DNA of 63,169 nt, filler included, from Reticulomyxa filosa (Eukaryota; Protista; Foraminifera), in the NCBI GenBank assembly GCA_000512085.1. It is 24 parts of 24 records of this genome, joined end to end, with 100 filler letters (N's around TTAATTAATTAA, not from the genome) between each part and the next. Parts side by side here need not be neighbours in the genome. Positions count along the whole stretch, not along the records: positions 47,749 to 54,765 come from ASPP01012966.1; positions 54,866 to 55,958 come from ASPP01016004.1; positions 56,059 to 57,394 come from ASPP01003521.1; positions 57,495 to 60,276 come from ASPP01006011.1; positions 60,377 to 63,169 come from ASPP01018787.1; 19 more parts are not named here. One strand, 5' to 3'. Shown piece by piece: positions 48,273 to 61,699 of the stretch. Below the pieces are notes generated by a model. The model was not told the origin of the DNA, did not search any database, and was given only the letters and a program-made list of their open reading frames with translations. The translations under genes and the position numbers were made by a program. Each line of letters opens with the position of its first letter. The first letter of the stretch is position 1.

Positions 48273-50351
48273 TAGTAATGAGAGTGTAAATGATGAACAC
48301 AAAGAAAAGTCTGTTGCATCCGTACCTCCGAACATGCCATATTCGAACCCTCCCGACTCCATCTCGGCAGCAGTCAAACATGACCAACACGATGATCGCA
48401 AAGACGACGATAGTCACAAGCCCAATGCAAACGGCACGATTCACGACCCAAATGACGGGAAAAAGCAAAAATTTTACAATGATGGCATCACGACGAACAC
48501 GAACATTGGCAATGAAATGGGGACCAATGCCAAGAGTCAAAAGCAGCCTAAACCAAATCAAAAGCATGATAAAACAAAAAAAACAGAGACAAGCTAATCA
48601 AAGTACTGACAATACCGAGCAATCCAAAAACCAAAAGGAAAAGGAAAAGGAAAAAGAAAAAGAAAAAAGAAAGAAGAAAGAAAGAGAAAAGAAAAAAAAA
48701 AAAGAGAAAGTAATAGTGGAAACAAATGTGGATGACAACAGTGATGAAGTAATAAATATGAACGAAGAGGAAGATGTAGTTGACATTGAAAATAAGAGTG
48801 TAGTAGACAAACAGGAAAACACAGAAACAAAAGCGAAAGAAGAAGAAGAAAAAGAAGGGGAATGGCAAAGTGGTGCTTGGTCCGTTACTCGAAATAAGAG
48901 AAAAAAAAAGCACAAAAACCAAAACGACAACGACAAAGACACAGAAAAAGAAAAAGAAAAAGAAAAAGAAAAAGAAACAGAAACAGAAAAAGAAAAAGAA
49001 AAAGAAAAGGAGATTGACAATAATTTGATAAAAGAAAAAGTAGCAAAGCCAATACCCAAAGGAAAGCACATTGGTGTGCATACAGAGGTGCCAACAACAC
49101 AGGACAAAAACTTTCAAAAAACCAAAGTGGCTCCCAAGAAAAAAGAAAAGAAAGGGAAGAGTCAACATGGGCCGTTGGCAAAAAATACGGAGATTGTTTC
49201 GTTCACGACGACAGCTGTGACCGATTCCAGTCCTCCTCGAGACACTGTTGAATCTAAACGAACCGTGCTAAAGCCATCTCAGTTTATTGGTCCTTATATT
49301 CAAACTGTCAAACCACCAAAGTCGCAAGATATTTCAGACCCTTTCAACAACACGCCCATTACCATCACTCTTCCTCCACTTGAAATGGTCCATCAAAGCG
49401 TGCCTTCAAATACAACTACAAACTTATATGCACATGTGGACGACGCAGATACAAATACAGCAGCAACGACAGAGGTCAATGTACATACTGGCGCAGTCAC
49501 AAAGACGAGTGTGAGTACCAATGTTGCAATCACTGATACAAATGCACATCCAATCTCTCGGAATGACGAAGCCCCAATTGATGTTGTGCCCAAACAGTCA
49601 CCATTATCTTCGTCTTTGGCCTGGCCAACTCGTCCTCCCATTGCCGTTTTGTGTTTTCTGTATTGTACTTGTTGCTTTTTACTTTTTACTGTTGACAAGT
49701 TCCTTTGCAGTTGTTCAATGTATGTGTGTGTGTGCATATGTTTAGACTGTGAGCAACTCTTCGATAACGACAATATCCACATCTACATCCACATCCACAC
49801 CCACACCCACGCCTATGCCTATGCCTATGCCCATGCCGATGCCTATGCCCATGCCTATGCCTACATCCATACCCAAATCGACCAAAGTAGAAGAGAATGC
49901 TCAACCTGAAAGCTCCACGCGCATAGCCTCCGTTGTCACACCAACCGTTTCCGAAACAATGTCGTATCAACAACAATTCCAAAGATTATTGGAATCCATT
50001 TGTACGCTTCCGATGCCTGTTCCTCCTCTTTCCTCTTCGGCTCTTTGGAATCCGTCCATCACTACTTTTCCCAGTGTTTCTACTGTCCCTTTGGGAACCC
50101 CCAATGCAATGACCAATATTTTCCCAAACCGAATCAACAACCAATTCATTGCGCAAATGAAAGCTGATTCGAATCCTCATGACTATTTTATCCGAGATTT
50201 ATCCCTCACTGAGCAAGCAGACGAAGTGGTTAACCTAGATCTCAATCCACGTATCTATCTGAGCTCTTTATGGACCTTAAATTTGAGATCTCTCAAAATT
50301 CACTCTGAATGCTCCTTAGATAAACTGAAAGCGTTAATGAAAACAACATAA
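47864..50351 (+). CDS. Large low-complexity (D/N, K/E, P/T) protein, 3' part
   Basis: Three overlapping ORFs joined by a poly-A frameshift (~48580) and an intron at ~49646-49746. Confidence 0.7.
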
Positions 50352-50368
50352 GCCAATTGTCTTTATTT

Positions 50369-50399
<31 letters not shown>

Positions 50400-52239
50400 G
50401 TTTGCTCAATTGATTTGTGTCAGATAAGTTAGTGGAGTATTTTGCACAACATGTTTGAACTCTTTCTTTGAAAAGTGTGTTTGCTTTGTAGTCAACTTCA
50501 AGTAAAATAGACAGAAAGACACAAGATTATTTTATGTGTAGAAAAAAAAGACAAAATCTATTAATGTATGCAACACACATCTCTTCGTGTTGTAGCAGCA
50601 TCTTCAATATATATGTCTTATCATTGCATGTTGCTCGAATCAAAATAATCTCTTCTTATCAAAAAGAATTACTAACTGCATAAAACATCTAAACTCTATT
50701 TTTTTCAATTTCTCAATTAAAATTCTTAAATCTGCAAAATTTTTCAAGTTGTGAAGCAAAACATATAAAAGTTTGCAGTCAACCGCACGTTCGAGTAATC
50801 CTATTTTAAATTATATTTGTATTCATATTGACTAAAAAACATTCTCAATTGTAAAATTGTTTTTCTGGGCCAAGGTCTTCAAGAGCTATCTTTTTATTTA
50901 CATTTACATGACCAGACGTAATATGCTTTCCAACAAATATAAATTAATGTTGTTAATGATGAATATCTTGTTTCATTGAATTTTGTCTTCACATTTTGAT
51001 AACATCCAATATTATTGTCTTTTCTATTAAGTTTTTCACAAACACAAAAGACTCAAAAAAATTTTCCAAAAAGGGCGTCGAAGACAGTCAAATACTTTAA
51101 TAAATTTCAAGTGTAAGAATTTATTTTTTAATTTCTTATAATAAGAATCTTCGTCAAATTGTCACATCATACAAATACGACAGCATCTATTTATATGTTT
51201 AATACTGTTATAATTTTCAAACGAATTAAGCTGTTACTGTTTCAAAACTCCAAAAAGCAGTTGAGCTCATAGCAGGTAAAACTATATAAACGACAATAAG
51301 TTTTTTATTGTTTCGGAAAAAATTTTATTTCATATTACTTAGTCTTAATAAGTCATCATATGACTCGAACTTAGCCAGTTTTGATGAAATTTAAAATAAA
51401 GTGAAATATTAATCACGAAATCTATCAATGTACGTACCAGTACGTCCATGTAAAAATTGATATTTATCTTAGTCATAAGAAAAAATCAACTTAATCCGAG
51501 AAATGAAATAAAGGACACCAAATTCATAAATAAGCAAAAAGGTAAGTGAAACATTAACAAATTCGATTATATTGTAAAAGTACTTTTTTAAATTTAATTT
51601 TAAAAAGTCTTTTAAGAAAATTTTCGTGACTTATGAAGTCAAGCATCAATGTTTAGATAAATCATGACGAATACATTCAAAGAAATCACATACTATCATA
51701 TATTATTTTACTCACAATGATCATATAAATGACTCTTTCGTCATTATATGAAATTTGTTTTAAGCTTTTATTAAATTAATACTGCTTATTTCATTCATGA
51801 AAATGCATTTCTATTGTATGTATGATGTTATTGGGTTAACAAGTTGTTTTTGCTCTTTGATTTTTAAACGTAATGTCCTTTTTTGTATAAGGCAGTCTAA
51901 GTTGGTCCGCAAGTTTATCGCTTATGTGTGCATTTTATATCTAAAAAAAAATTTTCAAAAATGAAAAAACATTAACGATTTTATATTATTTGTTAAAAAC
52001 TAAATACATTTTTAGATTCTCCAATATGTGTATATATCATTTAAAAAAAGAATTTGAAATACATCAACTTTTACTATAATCTTTAAATACAAGGTGACTG
52101 TTTGTTACATTAATTACAAGCGTGTAGAAAAGTGAGACCAAGTAATACAGAAGGAACTTGGTCCCGAAAACAATTTCAATAAAAAGAAAATGATTAATAA
52201 CAAGAATTACAACAAGACAAATAAAAGAGCAAAACAATG

Positions 52240-54545
52240 AGAAAGTGGGTTGTGCTTTGAAGAAAGTTTAGTCCACAATTCTCTAGAAAGCCATTCATAA
52301 TATGAACTTACCCTACAAGCAAAAGATACTGCCCTGTATTTAAATGAAAACAATCTATTTACACAATATCAAGCAGGATTCCAATCTTAGCACAACACAT
52401 CAGAATTGTTATTACAGATGATTGAGTCAATTCGATAACAATGTAGTATCATATGCTGTATTATTAGACATATCATCGGTATATGATAGCGTATGGAGAG
52501 ATGGATTAATGCACAAGATGAAATATGAATTTGGATTAAAAGGAATAATGTACTGTTGTTGGACAGCTTTCTCAAAAATCGAATTGTGCAAGTAGTATTG
52601 AATGGAGTCAGTTCAAGTGAAAGAAAATTTGAAGTTGTTGTACCACATGATCATCGCTATCTCCACTGTTGTTCCTGTTATACACCAACGACATTACGAA
52701 ACTGTCAAAGATCCAATTCAATGTGAGATGTTTGCAGATGATTTACCACTTTGGACGTCTATTTATACTAGTGATGAAAATGAAATGAAAGACAATTGTC
52801 GTTGATTCCAAACAAGTTTGGATTGTGTCAGTTTATGGGCTTCAAAATGGAAAATGCTATTGGCTTCAGATAAAATTCAATCGATCAAGTTCAAGATAAA
52901 GAACAAAAGAAAATATCTAAACATGAAGTTAAAATTGAACGAAAATAACATTGAAGAAGAGAATCACGTGAAATACATGTGATTAATTATTGATCAACAA
53001 ATGACATTCCAGCAACATATTAACTACATTTATGGCAAAGCATCAAAGAAACTTGGATATTTGATATTACTGTGCTCACATAAATAAATTCATCCAAGCA
53101 TATATGTGTACAATTTATTATATACAAAAATTATCAGACCATATTTGGAGTATGCATGTGCTTTCTAGAATGTAGCGGCAGAATCTTTCAGAAAAGACTT
53201 GAAAGAATCCAAAGAATTGCAATGTGTAGGATCCTTGAGTTATAAATTCCACTGCATATGACACTGTGAATGTTATATCGCAGATTCCACCATTGGAACT
53301 CCGAAGACAACAAGAAGAAGTAAAATTATATCACAAATTTATTCGATTGAGTAAAAAGTTTCCGAATCACGATCTGATAATGGCATATCAATTATGGAGA
53401 AGCAATCATGATATTTAAAGTGATTTAAAGATAATTTGGACATAGAGTATATTCATAGATTTGAAGTATGTATTCCAAATGCAAATCCTGACCAATATAC
53501 ACACCAGCATAAATTATTAACACATATTGTAAAATTACTACATCTAATTAAGTCACCTTTTGATAAATTGATTGAACCTACACAATAAGAAATTTTGAAC
53601 ACATTTGATGAAAGAATGACTGCGATATTTATTGATTGAAGCTGCAAACCAGATCCAGGACTTGGATGGGCAGGATTAGTCTTCCAAGGCCAATCTTCAT
53701 CAAAATAGATAGAATTGTAATCTCATGTACAAGGAACTACCACTATGATTGGATGCGAAATTGATTCAATCCGCCAAGCATTGATATACATTAACATAAT
53801 CTAAGTGGCAAAGATGAACTAGTTGTGATTCTTTCTGATTGCAAATTTGCTGTAAATGCGATTCATAGCAAATGCAATTCAGATATTACAACTTTCTGCT
53901 ATCTGATTATCAAAGATTAATGAAAGAGCTTGTAGAAAATGATGTTCCTGATATTTATTGGATACATTGATATTATGTCATTCCTGAAAATGAAAGGTTG
54001 CAAGAATAGTCAGATTCCAAGCATAATTTGATCAACTTGAGTTATTTATGAGACCAAATCGAACAGCTCCATTCCTGAATTTCCACTTATTAAATACATT
54101 TTTCACTGAAGAATGGAATCGTCATTGGACAAATGAATGCAATGAAATATAACAACACAAGCATCCCAAGCAATATTTACATAATCTTATTGAAGCACAG
54201 TCATTTGAAAAGATTATTTTGCATCGATTGGAAGTGCATGAACGCATATATGTTTGCATGATCATTACTGTTAAAGTTGGATTAAATTATTTCTTGTACA
54301 AGATCAAAATAGCGTAGTCTCCTACAAATGTTATGAAGATAAAGATGAAACTTTGGAATATTCTAACGGAATGTCCACACTATGAAAGACATAGAGAAGC
54401 ATACCGAGCATCAATCAAGATATTATTGCCTTATTTCAAATTCAAGACATCGAACCTGATAAGTTTGAGTATTGGAGACAAATCATTAGATACTGAAAAA
54501 AAAATCAAAGTTGTCAAAAGTTCGTTTTAGCAACTGGAAAGCAAA
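52240..54545 (+). mobile_element. Non-LTR retrotransposon ORF2 pseudogene: RT + RNase H + CCHC
   Basis: QAGFQ, FLKNRIVQVVLNG, MFADDL, WASKWKM, RPYLEYAC; RNase H IFID*SC..PG, CEIDSI, ILSDCKFA; ECPHY; many stops. Confidence 0.92.
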
Positions 54546-54939
54546 TTTAAGTTTATCTTAAAACTTTAAAAATTTTTGCATCTTTTACTTTGCTTGTTTG
54601 TGTTTTGTGGACGATTGTAGTTTTTATTTATGTTTTTCTTTTATTTTGGTGCCATGACCTAGTTTGGTCCAGTTGCTTTAACTCGCTTTTGTTTGCACTT
54701 TCGGAGAATAGGAGTTAGTGCAAATAACAGTGATAAGTGAATGACGAAGCAAGGATTAGTCGGACNNNNNNNNNNNNNNNNNNNNNNNNNNNNNNNNNNN
54801 NNNNNNNNNTTAATTAATTAANNNNNNNNNNNNNNNNNNNNNNNNNNNNNNNNNNNNNNNNNNNNCCCCCCCCCTCTCTCACCTCCTCCTTGACAACAAA
54901 GACAAAAAAAAAAAAATAATAATAATAAAAATAAAAGCC

Positions 54940-55958
54940 TTTCCTCGAACGAAGAGCGAAAGTGGACAAAGTCGCGACGATTCGTCCGTGTATTCGGATA
55001 TAATAATAGCCAAGCGAACTCCGCTGCCAAAGCCGCCGAAGAACAAACACAAGACGGACGACAAGTTCATGCGATCAACGCTGTCGAAAATCACTCCGGA
55101 AGAAGAAGAAAGCGAAGAAGAAAAGGGCGGCGGGATTGGAGGAGGGGATGTTCGCTTCCACGAGTCCGGCACCGACGACGCACTGTCGTCCAATTCCTCC
55201 TCGTCCTCTTCGCCCCTCTCCGTTTCGTCTCCTTCCAATTCCATTCCCTGGATTCACAAGCACTCCGACGTCGACAAAGAAAAGAAAAGCTGTCCAAAAT
55301 GGAGAGGGGTCACATTCAAATGACTGCAATTCCTCCACGTGCAAATCACAATTACATTAGCAGTAACTATAATCATTATAATAACAATAGTATTTTGAAC
55401 AAACATAGAATGATCAGTCCCAATAATAATGTGACAATGGATTTGAATGAAATTTTGTCACAACAATGTCACTGGTATGATCGCTATGCGGTGGAGCAAA
55501 AGTATTTCCAGAAACGCTTGTATCTCGTTTGCGATAAAAAAAAAGGCATTAGCAACAACGAGAGTGAAGGGGGGTTGTCGCGAAAACTGCATCTCTCACA
55601 AATCATGGAAGAAAACAAAATGGAAGAAGATCGACAATTGAACAGTCCCAGCAATAAAAAACATAATTGGAACAGTTATTACAAAGATGTCAATGGCAAT
55701 GGTAATGGTAATGGCAATGGTAATGGCAATGGAGTGGATGACACCGCGCTTATTAACCAATACTTCAAAATGGTATCATTGAGTGCCTTTCAAATGCAAC
55801 CCAAAGGGACACACATTTTTGCAAGGGACTACACGGAGATAATTACTCCTCTGGCTGCGACGACAGTCAATGCAGCCGAGATCAACTTTGCGAGTCTCAA
55901 TCAGCCAACTACTTCGAATGATTCCAATGCAACTTCAAATACAAATACAAATGCAAAT
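54940..55958 (+). CDS. Low-complexity hypothetical protein fragment (frame change near 55305)
   Basis: Two overlapping coding-like ORFs with S/E/N/G tracts. Confidence 0.55.
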
Positions 55959-56439
55959 NNNNNNNNNNNNNNNNNNNNNNNNNNNNNNNNNNNNNNNNNN
56001 NNTTAATTAATTAANNNNNNNNNNNNNNNNNNNNNNNNNNNNNNNNNNNNNNNNNNNNAAAAAAAAAACTTTACAGCAAAAAATATCAATTCAGTACTAA
56101 TCGAACAATCTCAGCTGAGCGTTTTCGAAAAAAAAAACAATATTGATGTTACATACCTCTCTCACAAGACGTTTTGTGTTAGCCAATTTTTCATTCACGA
56201 AAGTGCAAAAACTATGCCTTGGTTTTATCCCTAAAAACATTTTTTCTTTAAGTGAAAGGCAAAAAGTTCTGATTCTCCCTTTATATCAAATTGACAACAA
56301 ACTTTTTACCCTTTTTCAACTTAAAAAAAACTTAGGTGAGTTTAAGATATTTTAGTTCATAATAATATGTCAATTATTTTAGCAGTGAAAATTATTTACA
56401 CAAATGACCATTTTGTCAAGTGACAGAAAGCACTCAAAG

Positions 56440-56615
56440 CATCATATAAAAGAGGTTTTTTTCCATTGTTTTTCTTCAAATGCATTTGTAAACATTCTTT
56501 TCCTACCAGATAAACTTGTTCTGCATTTTCATGTTTATTACACTGTAATCCTACTGCAACTCCACTGCATTATTTGTAATTTGATTACAAAGACAACATC
56601 CTTTGTCAGATAATA
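56440..56615 (-). pseudogene. RING/TRAF-type zinc-finger N-terminus remnant
   Basis: CCLCNQITNNAVELQ, CNKHENAEQVYLVG and ECLQMHLK, broken by indels. Confidence 0.65.
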
Positions 56616-57494
56616 TGAATATTAGTTTGATAATTTAATGTTGCTGAAATTTTAAGTAGTTTACTATTTAGAATATCATTAAATGTAATTTTTTAAAAAA
56701 GTTAAACTTTGCAAATATTAATCTATTACACAATGCCTAACCAAATGGAACGAAAAGAGCTTTGCATAACATTCAAATTTTGTATTTCAAATATTACTTT
56801 TATTATATATTATTTACTTTTTGATTTGGAGACTGATGAGTTCGATTCTTTTTAACGAATATGTAATTTATTCACTCGACATTGAAATTAATTATAAAAT
56901 GTCCTTTTTTTGTTAATATTTCTTCCCCCGTGATAGAGTTTTGATAAAATTTACTGAATTTGTTATTAGCATCAAAATCTTCGGAAAAATAATTTCAATT
57001 ATTTTTCGGACAATTAAAAAGTTATTATAAAACTGTTTCAACCACATAAAGCAAAAGAAAAAAAAGATGACTAAAAAGGGTAGTACTTTTTAAAAAATTC
57101 ACAAAGTTTTTTTTATTTACAAATTTTTAAGTAATTTTGTTATTTTAAATTTATAAACAAACACGAAACAACGTCCTTCCAAAAACTTATTTATTTTTTT
57201 TTTTGTGATTTTGTTCATTGTCATCTCGAAATTTCCATTGCTTACATTTAAACAATAATTTAGATGTTTTATTGATATTTCTTTGCACTTATATTTGAAT
57301 AAGATTTGCATCCATATTGCACCACAACAAGTTGTTCAAAAGAGTATTTGTGTCCAATTATAAATCAATATCAAAATATCCAAATTATTTTTTTNNNNNN
57401 NNNNNNNNNNNNNNNNNNNNNNNNNNNNNNNNNNNNNNTTAATTAATTAANNNNNNNNNNNNNNNNNNNNNNNNNNNNNNNNNNNNNNNNNNNN

Positions 57495-57628
57495 GATAGG
57501 GTTGTCTACCATGTTCTCTGCATTAATCGGGCTGATCATTATCTATCTCATATGGGGAGGCACTCACCAAAAGGACACCAAATATTTGGTTGGCTTTGGG
57601 TTCGGTGCAAGTATTATCGCCCTTTTTG
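57495..57628 (+). CDS. Internal exon of a membrane protein
   Basis: Two hydrophobic segments followed by a GTTTGT donor. Confidence 0.45.
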
Positions 57629-57642
57629 GTTTGTTTTTTTTT

Positions 57643-57675
<33 letters not shown>

Positions 57676-57706
57676 GAAGGAACAAAAAAAAAAAAAAATA
57701 AATGAA

Positions 57707-58290
57707 CTCGTCATCGTCGTCATCACTCTCTTTTTGTTCTGCATCATCGTCGTTGTCATCCTCATCATCGTGATCATCATGATCATCATGACCATGGCCA
57801 TAGTTTGCATCACCATCGATTTCTTTATTTGTATGCTCGGGAGGATGCTTATGTGCGGCGGATCGATGAGCGAAGAAAATAACCGATGGGGTTACTGTGG
57901 ATACTGATGTTCGGATTCCAAGCAAAAGGTCATATGTTAACTCAAATTCGGGGTGCTGCTTGCCAATTTGCTTCAACTCTTTTTTTTTACTCTTTTTCTT
58001 TTTTTTTCTTCTTTTGTTTCTTTTGTTTCTTTTGTTTCTTTTGTTACTGCTTCCTCTTCCACTCTCTTCACTTTTAACTCATTTGTGGCTTCTACTTTTT
58101 TCTGGCTTTCTTCCGCGTCGCCATTGTCGTTTTCTTCTTCTCTTTCTTTTCGTTTAACATTACACTGTCGTTACTAGGGGATGGATATGGTGTCAAAGTT
58201 AATGTTTCATCTGTCAATGCTGAATCTTCGTTTTCTGATTTACCCATGCTGAGCTTCAAGGACTCCATTTCAAACACAAACGTTGCCCCT
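57707..58290 (-). CDS. PIP5K-family kinase N-terminal part (frameshifts in A-runs)
   Basis: IGKQHPEFELTYDLLLGIRTSVS resembles the conserved helix opening the PIP5K domain; GTT donor near 57707. Confidence 0.65.
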
Positions 58291-58746
58291 CCTTAAGGAA
58301 AACTTTAAAGTAAGCACGAGCTAAAGTTATAATCTTCTAAAAGAACACTGCAATATCTTATTTGGATAATGTGCAAAAATTTTAGTATATAACCAGTCTA
58401 AAAATGGGACGTTGATTTGAATAACACAAAAAAGTTTGTTTTGTTCATTTATTACTTTTGGAAGTTTTTGTATGCTTTTTGAAAAACATCAATTTTTTTT
58501 TAATTTTACAACCAACATGAACTAGTGCACAAAAAACTAAAAAAAAGTTAATAAATCGTTGCATTTCACATATTTTTCTAATTATTATTAATTGTGCAAA
58601 AAAAAAAATATATATAAAAACATAAATAAAACCAAATTTGTAAAAAAAATTTCAAAAACAACCTGATAACGCAATAACAATGAGGTAACTTTTTATTGAA
58701 GTTCTTATGTTTACTAATAAATCAAAAATGCTGGAGATCAATGATT

Positions 58747-60011
58747 TTAGCTACTGTACTTGAAGATAATTTGATCAAAATCATCGATCCATCCCAATTT
58801 TATCTTTAAATTTCGAATCCAATATTCAATAATACATTTTATTTCATTTTTTGACTGTTTATTATGCATTATTCATACAATACATTTTATTTTTGTTTCA
58901 TAAAAATAAATAAACAAATGATTACTAACTGTGAAGGATCCCATTCACGTACTTCAGTCTTCACATGAATCGATATTATTGACATTTTATCTCCTCTTCC
59001 AATGATGTGTATGTGAGTGTTGTCTTCACTTAATATTGCAACACAATCATATAATGGACTGGGCAAAGTATTTTGAAATGTCGTCCATTTGTTTTCTCGA
59101 ATTGAATATTTGTAAACTGATTTTGAAACAGAATTGTAATTCCTTTTCCAATAACTTCCACCAAAGAACAAGATGATATCATTGATACAGACATATGAAT
59201 ATCTATATAACAATGCAATATCATCACAAACATATAATTTATGAAATTGGAAAGTGTTGTTATCTTCATTATATTCAATTGATAATCCTGTCTTTTTACA
59301 AAACAACAGCATTTGATAATTTTGTTTATGTATTTTCATTATTTCTTGTTTTTGTATATTTTTTGATTTTGATACAAAGCAATGATAACCAATATCATAA
59401 TTAGTTGGTAAAATATTATGTTTAATAAATTGAAATGTATTTAAATCAAATACACTAATATTTTTATAAAAATAAGTAATAAATAACAAATGATTGTTGC
59501 TTCCACCAATCAATGCACGCACTCCAAAATAATCATGATCTCGATCTATTCCAATGATAATTGGATGGTTGTGATTGTTTGTGAAAGGAATCCATTGGAA
59601 TAATATATCAGATATATCAAATAAATTAAATCAAACACTTACATATTTCATCACCAATGAATGTTTATTTGATCCACCAAAAGACAATAAAGTAATTTGA
59701 TTGATATCTTTGTTGTTGCTATTATTTATTAATTCCACTACACAATGTCCTCTTAATATAACATTACTTGGATACTCGCAGATAAACTTATATTCATTTT
59801 TGAGTGTATGATAAGAATAACAAGCTCTTTGTTCATAACCTCCACAAATGAGGAGTTCGTGTTTGTGTAGCACACATTGAGGTTGATCAAGTGGAATAAG
59901 CAACTCCTTCAAAGTTTGAAAGGAAGTTGAAGTAATAAGATGTTATTGATTTTGTTCAATTTGCTCAGTTTGTCTTTCGGAAGATTTCAGTATTGTAGTT
60001 TGATTAGACAT
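58747..60011 (-). pseudogene. Kelch-like beta-propeller gene with two in-frame stops; last exon 58854-58747
   Basis: LLICGG..CYSYH, LLSFGG, ALIGG, ILFFGG..VYKYSIRENKW; TAA near 59944 and TGA at 59633-59631. Confidence 0.85.
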
Positions 60012-60392
60012 TGTTGTTAAAGTTACCGAAGTTTTTGACTACCCTTTTGAAAATAAAACAACGTCGCAGTAAATTATTCAACAAAAACTTAATTTTTTTT
60101 AAGAAAAATAAATCTTTTTCTTTCCTTCAAAATTAGAGACATTCTTTTGTTAAGTATATTTTACTAAATTTTATTTTCTTTCGTAAATGTGCCCCTTCAT
60201 TTGTCTTTAATCATTTTTTCCTCTGGCATCATTTAAGACTAATTCAAAAAAGAAAAAATTAAGAATGACCACTCATNNNNNNNNNNNNNNNNNNNNNNNN
60301 NNNNNNNNNNNNNNNNNNNNTTAATTAATTAANNNNNNNNNNNNNNNNNNNNNNNNNNNNNNNNNNNNNNNNNNNNCGGAGCATAATCAAGG

Positions 60393-61367
60393 ATGGCACA
60401 AGATGAAAGTTCTGATGAGAAATCAAAGAGCATAGAGTCATTAACTAAAGTGTTGCGTCTGAAAAGCGACGGGATAACAAATGACACAGAAGCAAGCGAC
60501 ATAGTGAAGTGCATGCGGATGATACTGCACATACGAACTACATTGGCATCAGGGGATCATGATACAGGGAACAAAAAGAGCACAACAGGAGGTCGAGTAA
60601 GTGAGATAGCAAATCATGGTATAGCAATGACCTCCCACGTAGTGCGTGTGCAAATCAATCACGAAAGAAAGATGGCATTTATAGAGTTCGACAGCAAGGA
60701 AACCGCGACAGCCGTGTTAACCAAATACAAGACGAGCAGTGAGGCGCCATTATTCAATGAGCACAAATGCGAGGTCACATCCACCACCAGGGATAGTATC
60801 AAAATACCTGTTCCAGCTAATCAAATTGACATTACCTATCACGAATACAAAGCAGGTTTTTTCGCAGCAATAACCAAAAAAAGGAGGGACTAGGAAGAAA
60901 AAAAAAGGGTAAATACATACTTTTTCAAAAAAAAAAAAAAAGGTGATTATGAAGGACGACTTGCATTTGCACCACCACCCCCAAGAACGAAAAGACAAGG
61001 GGATGGACTGTATGAAGTGGAAGTGGCGGGATTTGAAGTGCACGAAAGTGGGAAGCATGCATTGTTTCAAATTGTGTTGTATGAAGAAAATGTAAAGAAA
61101 ACACAAGTGCTGAAACGCTACAGTGAAATCTGGACGTTGCACGAAAACTTGACCAAACTCAAAGACGTGTGGACTTTAGTTGTTATCAAAAACTTAAAGT
61201 TCCCTCCCAAAACTATTACCAAGTCTTTGGATGACAAGTTCTTGGAAAGTCGCAAGCAGCTTTTGCAAGGCTACTTTGATGACTTGTTCACGCGATTCAA
61301 CAAAGCTAAAATGCAAATTGCCGCCGTCCCATTGCTTTCCGAGTTTTTTGGGCTCATGAAAGGCTGA
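60393..61367 (+). CDS. RRM-like + PX domain protein (predicted intron 60856-60942)
   Basis: KMAFIEFDSKETA RNP1-like; KRYSEI..LH..L, FPPKT and FLESRKQLLQGYF PX motifs; the splice keeps the frame. Confidence 0.75.
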
Positions 61368-61699
61368 TGGATAGATATCAAATAATTTGTATACTACATA
61401 TACAATACACCTATCTATGGCGATTTGAACAAATAGAAGGACACAAAGAAAACAAATAAACAAACAAAATTGAAAGTCTTGTAATTAGTATTAGTGTTTG
61501 GGTGTAATATTTGGTTTGAAATTGGATTTGACTTGGCTTACTTGAATTCAGAATGAAGAGAAAAAAAAAAAATTTTCTTTGAGAGTGCATTAAATATTAG
61601 AGTCAGTACGTAAAAAACAAAGTTGAAAAGATCTGAAAATTTCTTGTGACAAAATCGTTTTGTTTTGTTTTTTTGCGAAGGAAAATCATCTTGAATAAA

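Noticed and set aside
59631-59946. Stop-codon reassignment (TAA=Gln, TGA=Trp)
   Set aside because: Intact genes end in TGA, TAG and TAA, and long conserved exons lack internal stops; these are single-base nonsense changes
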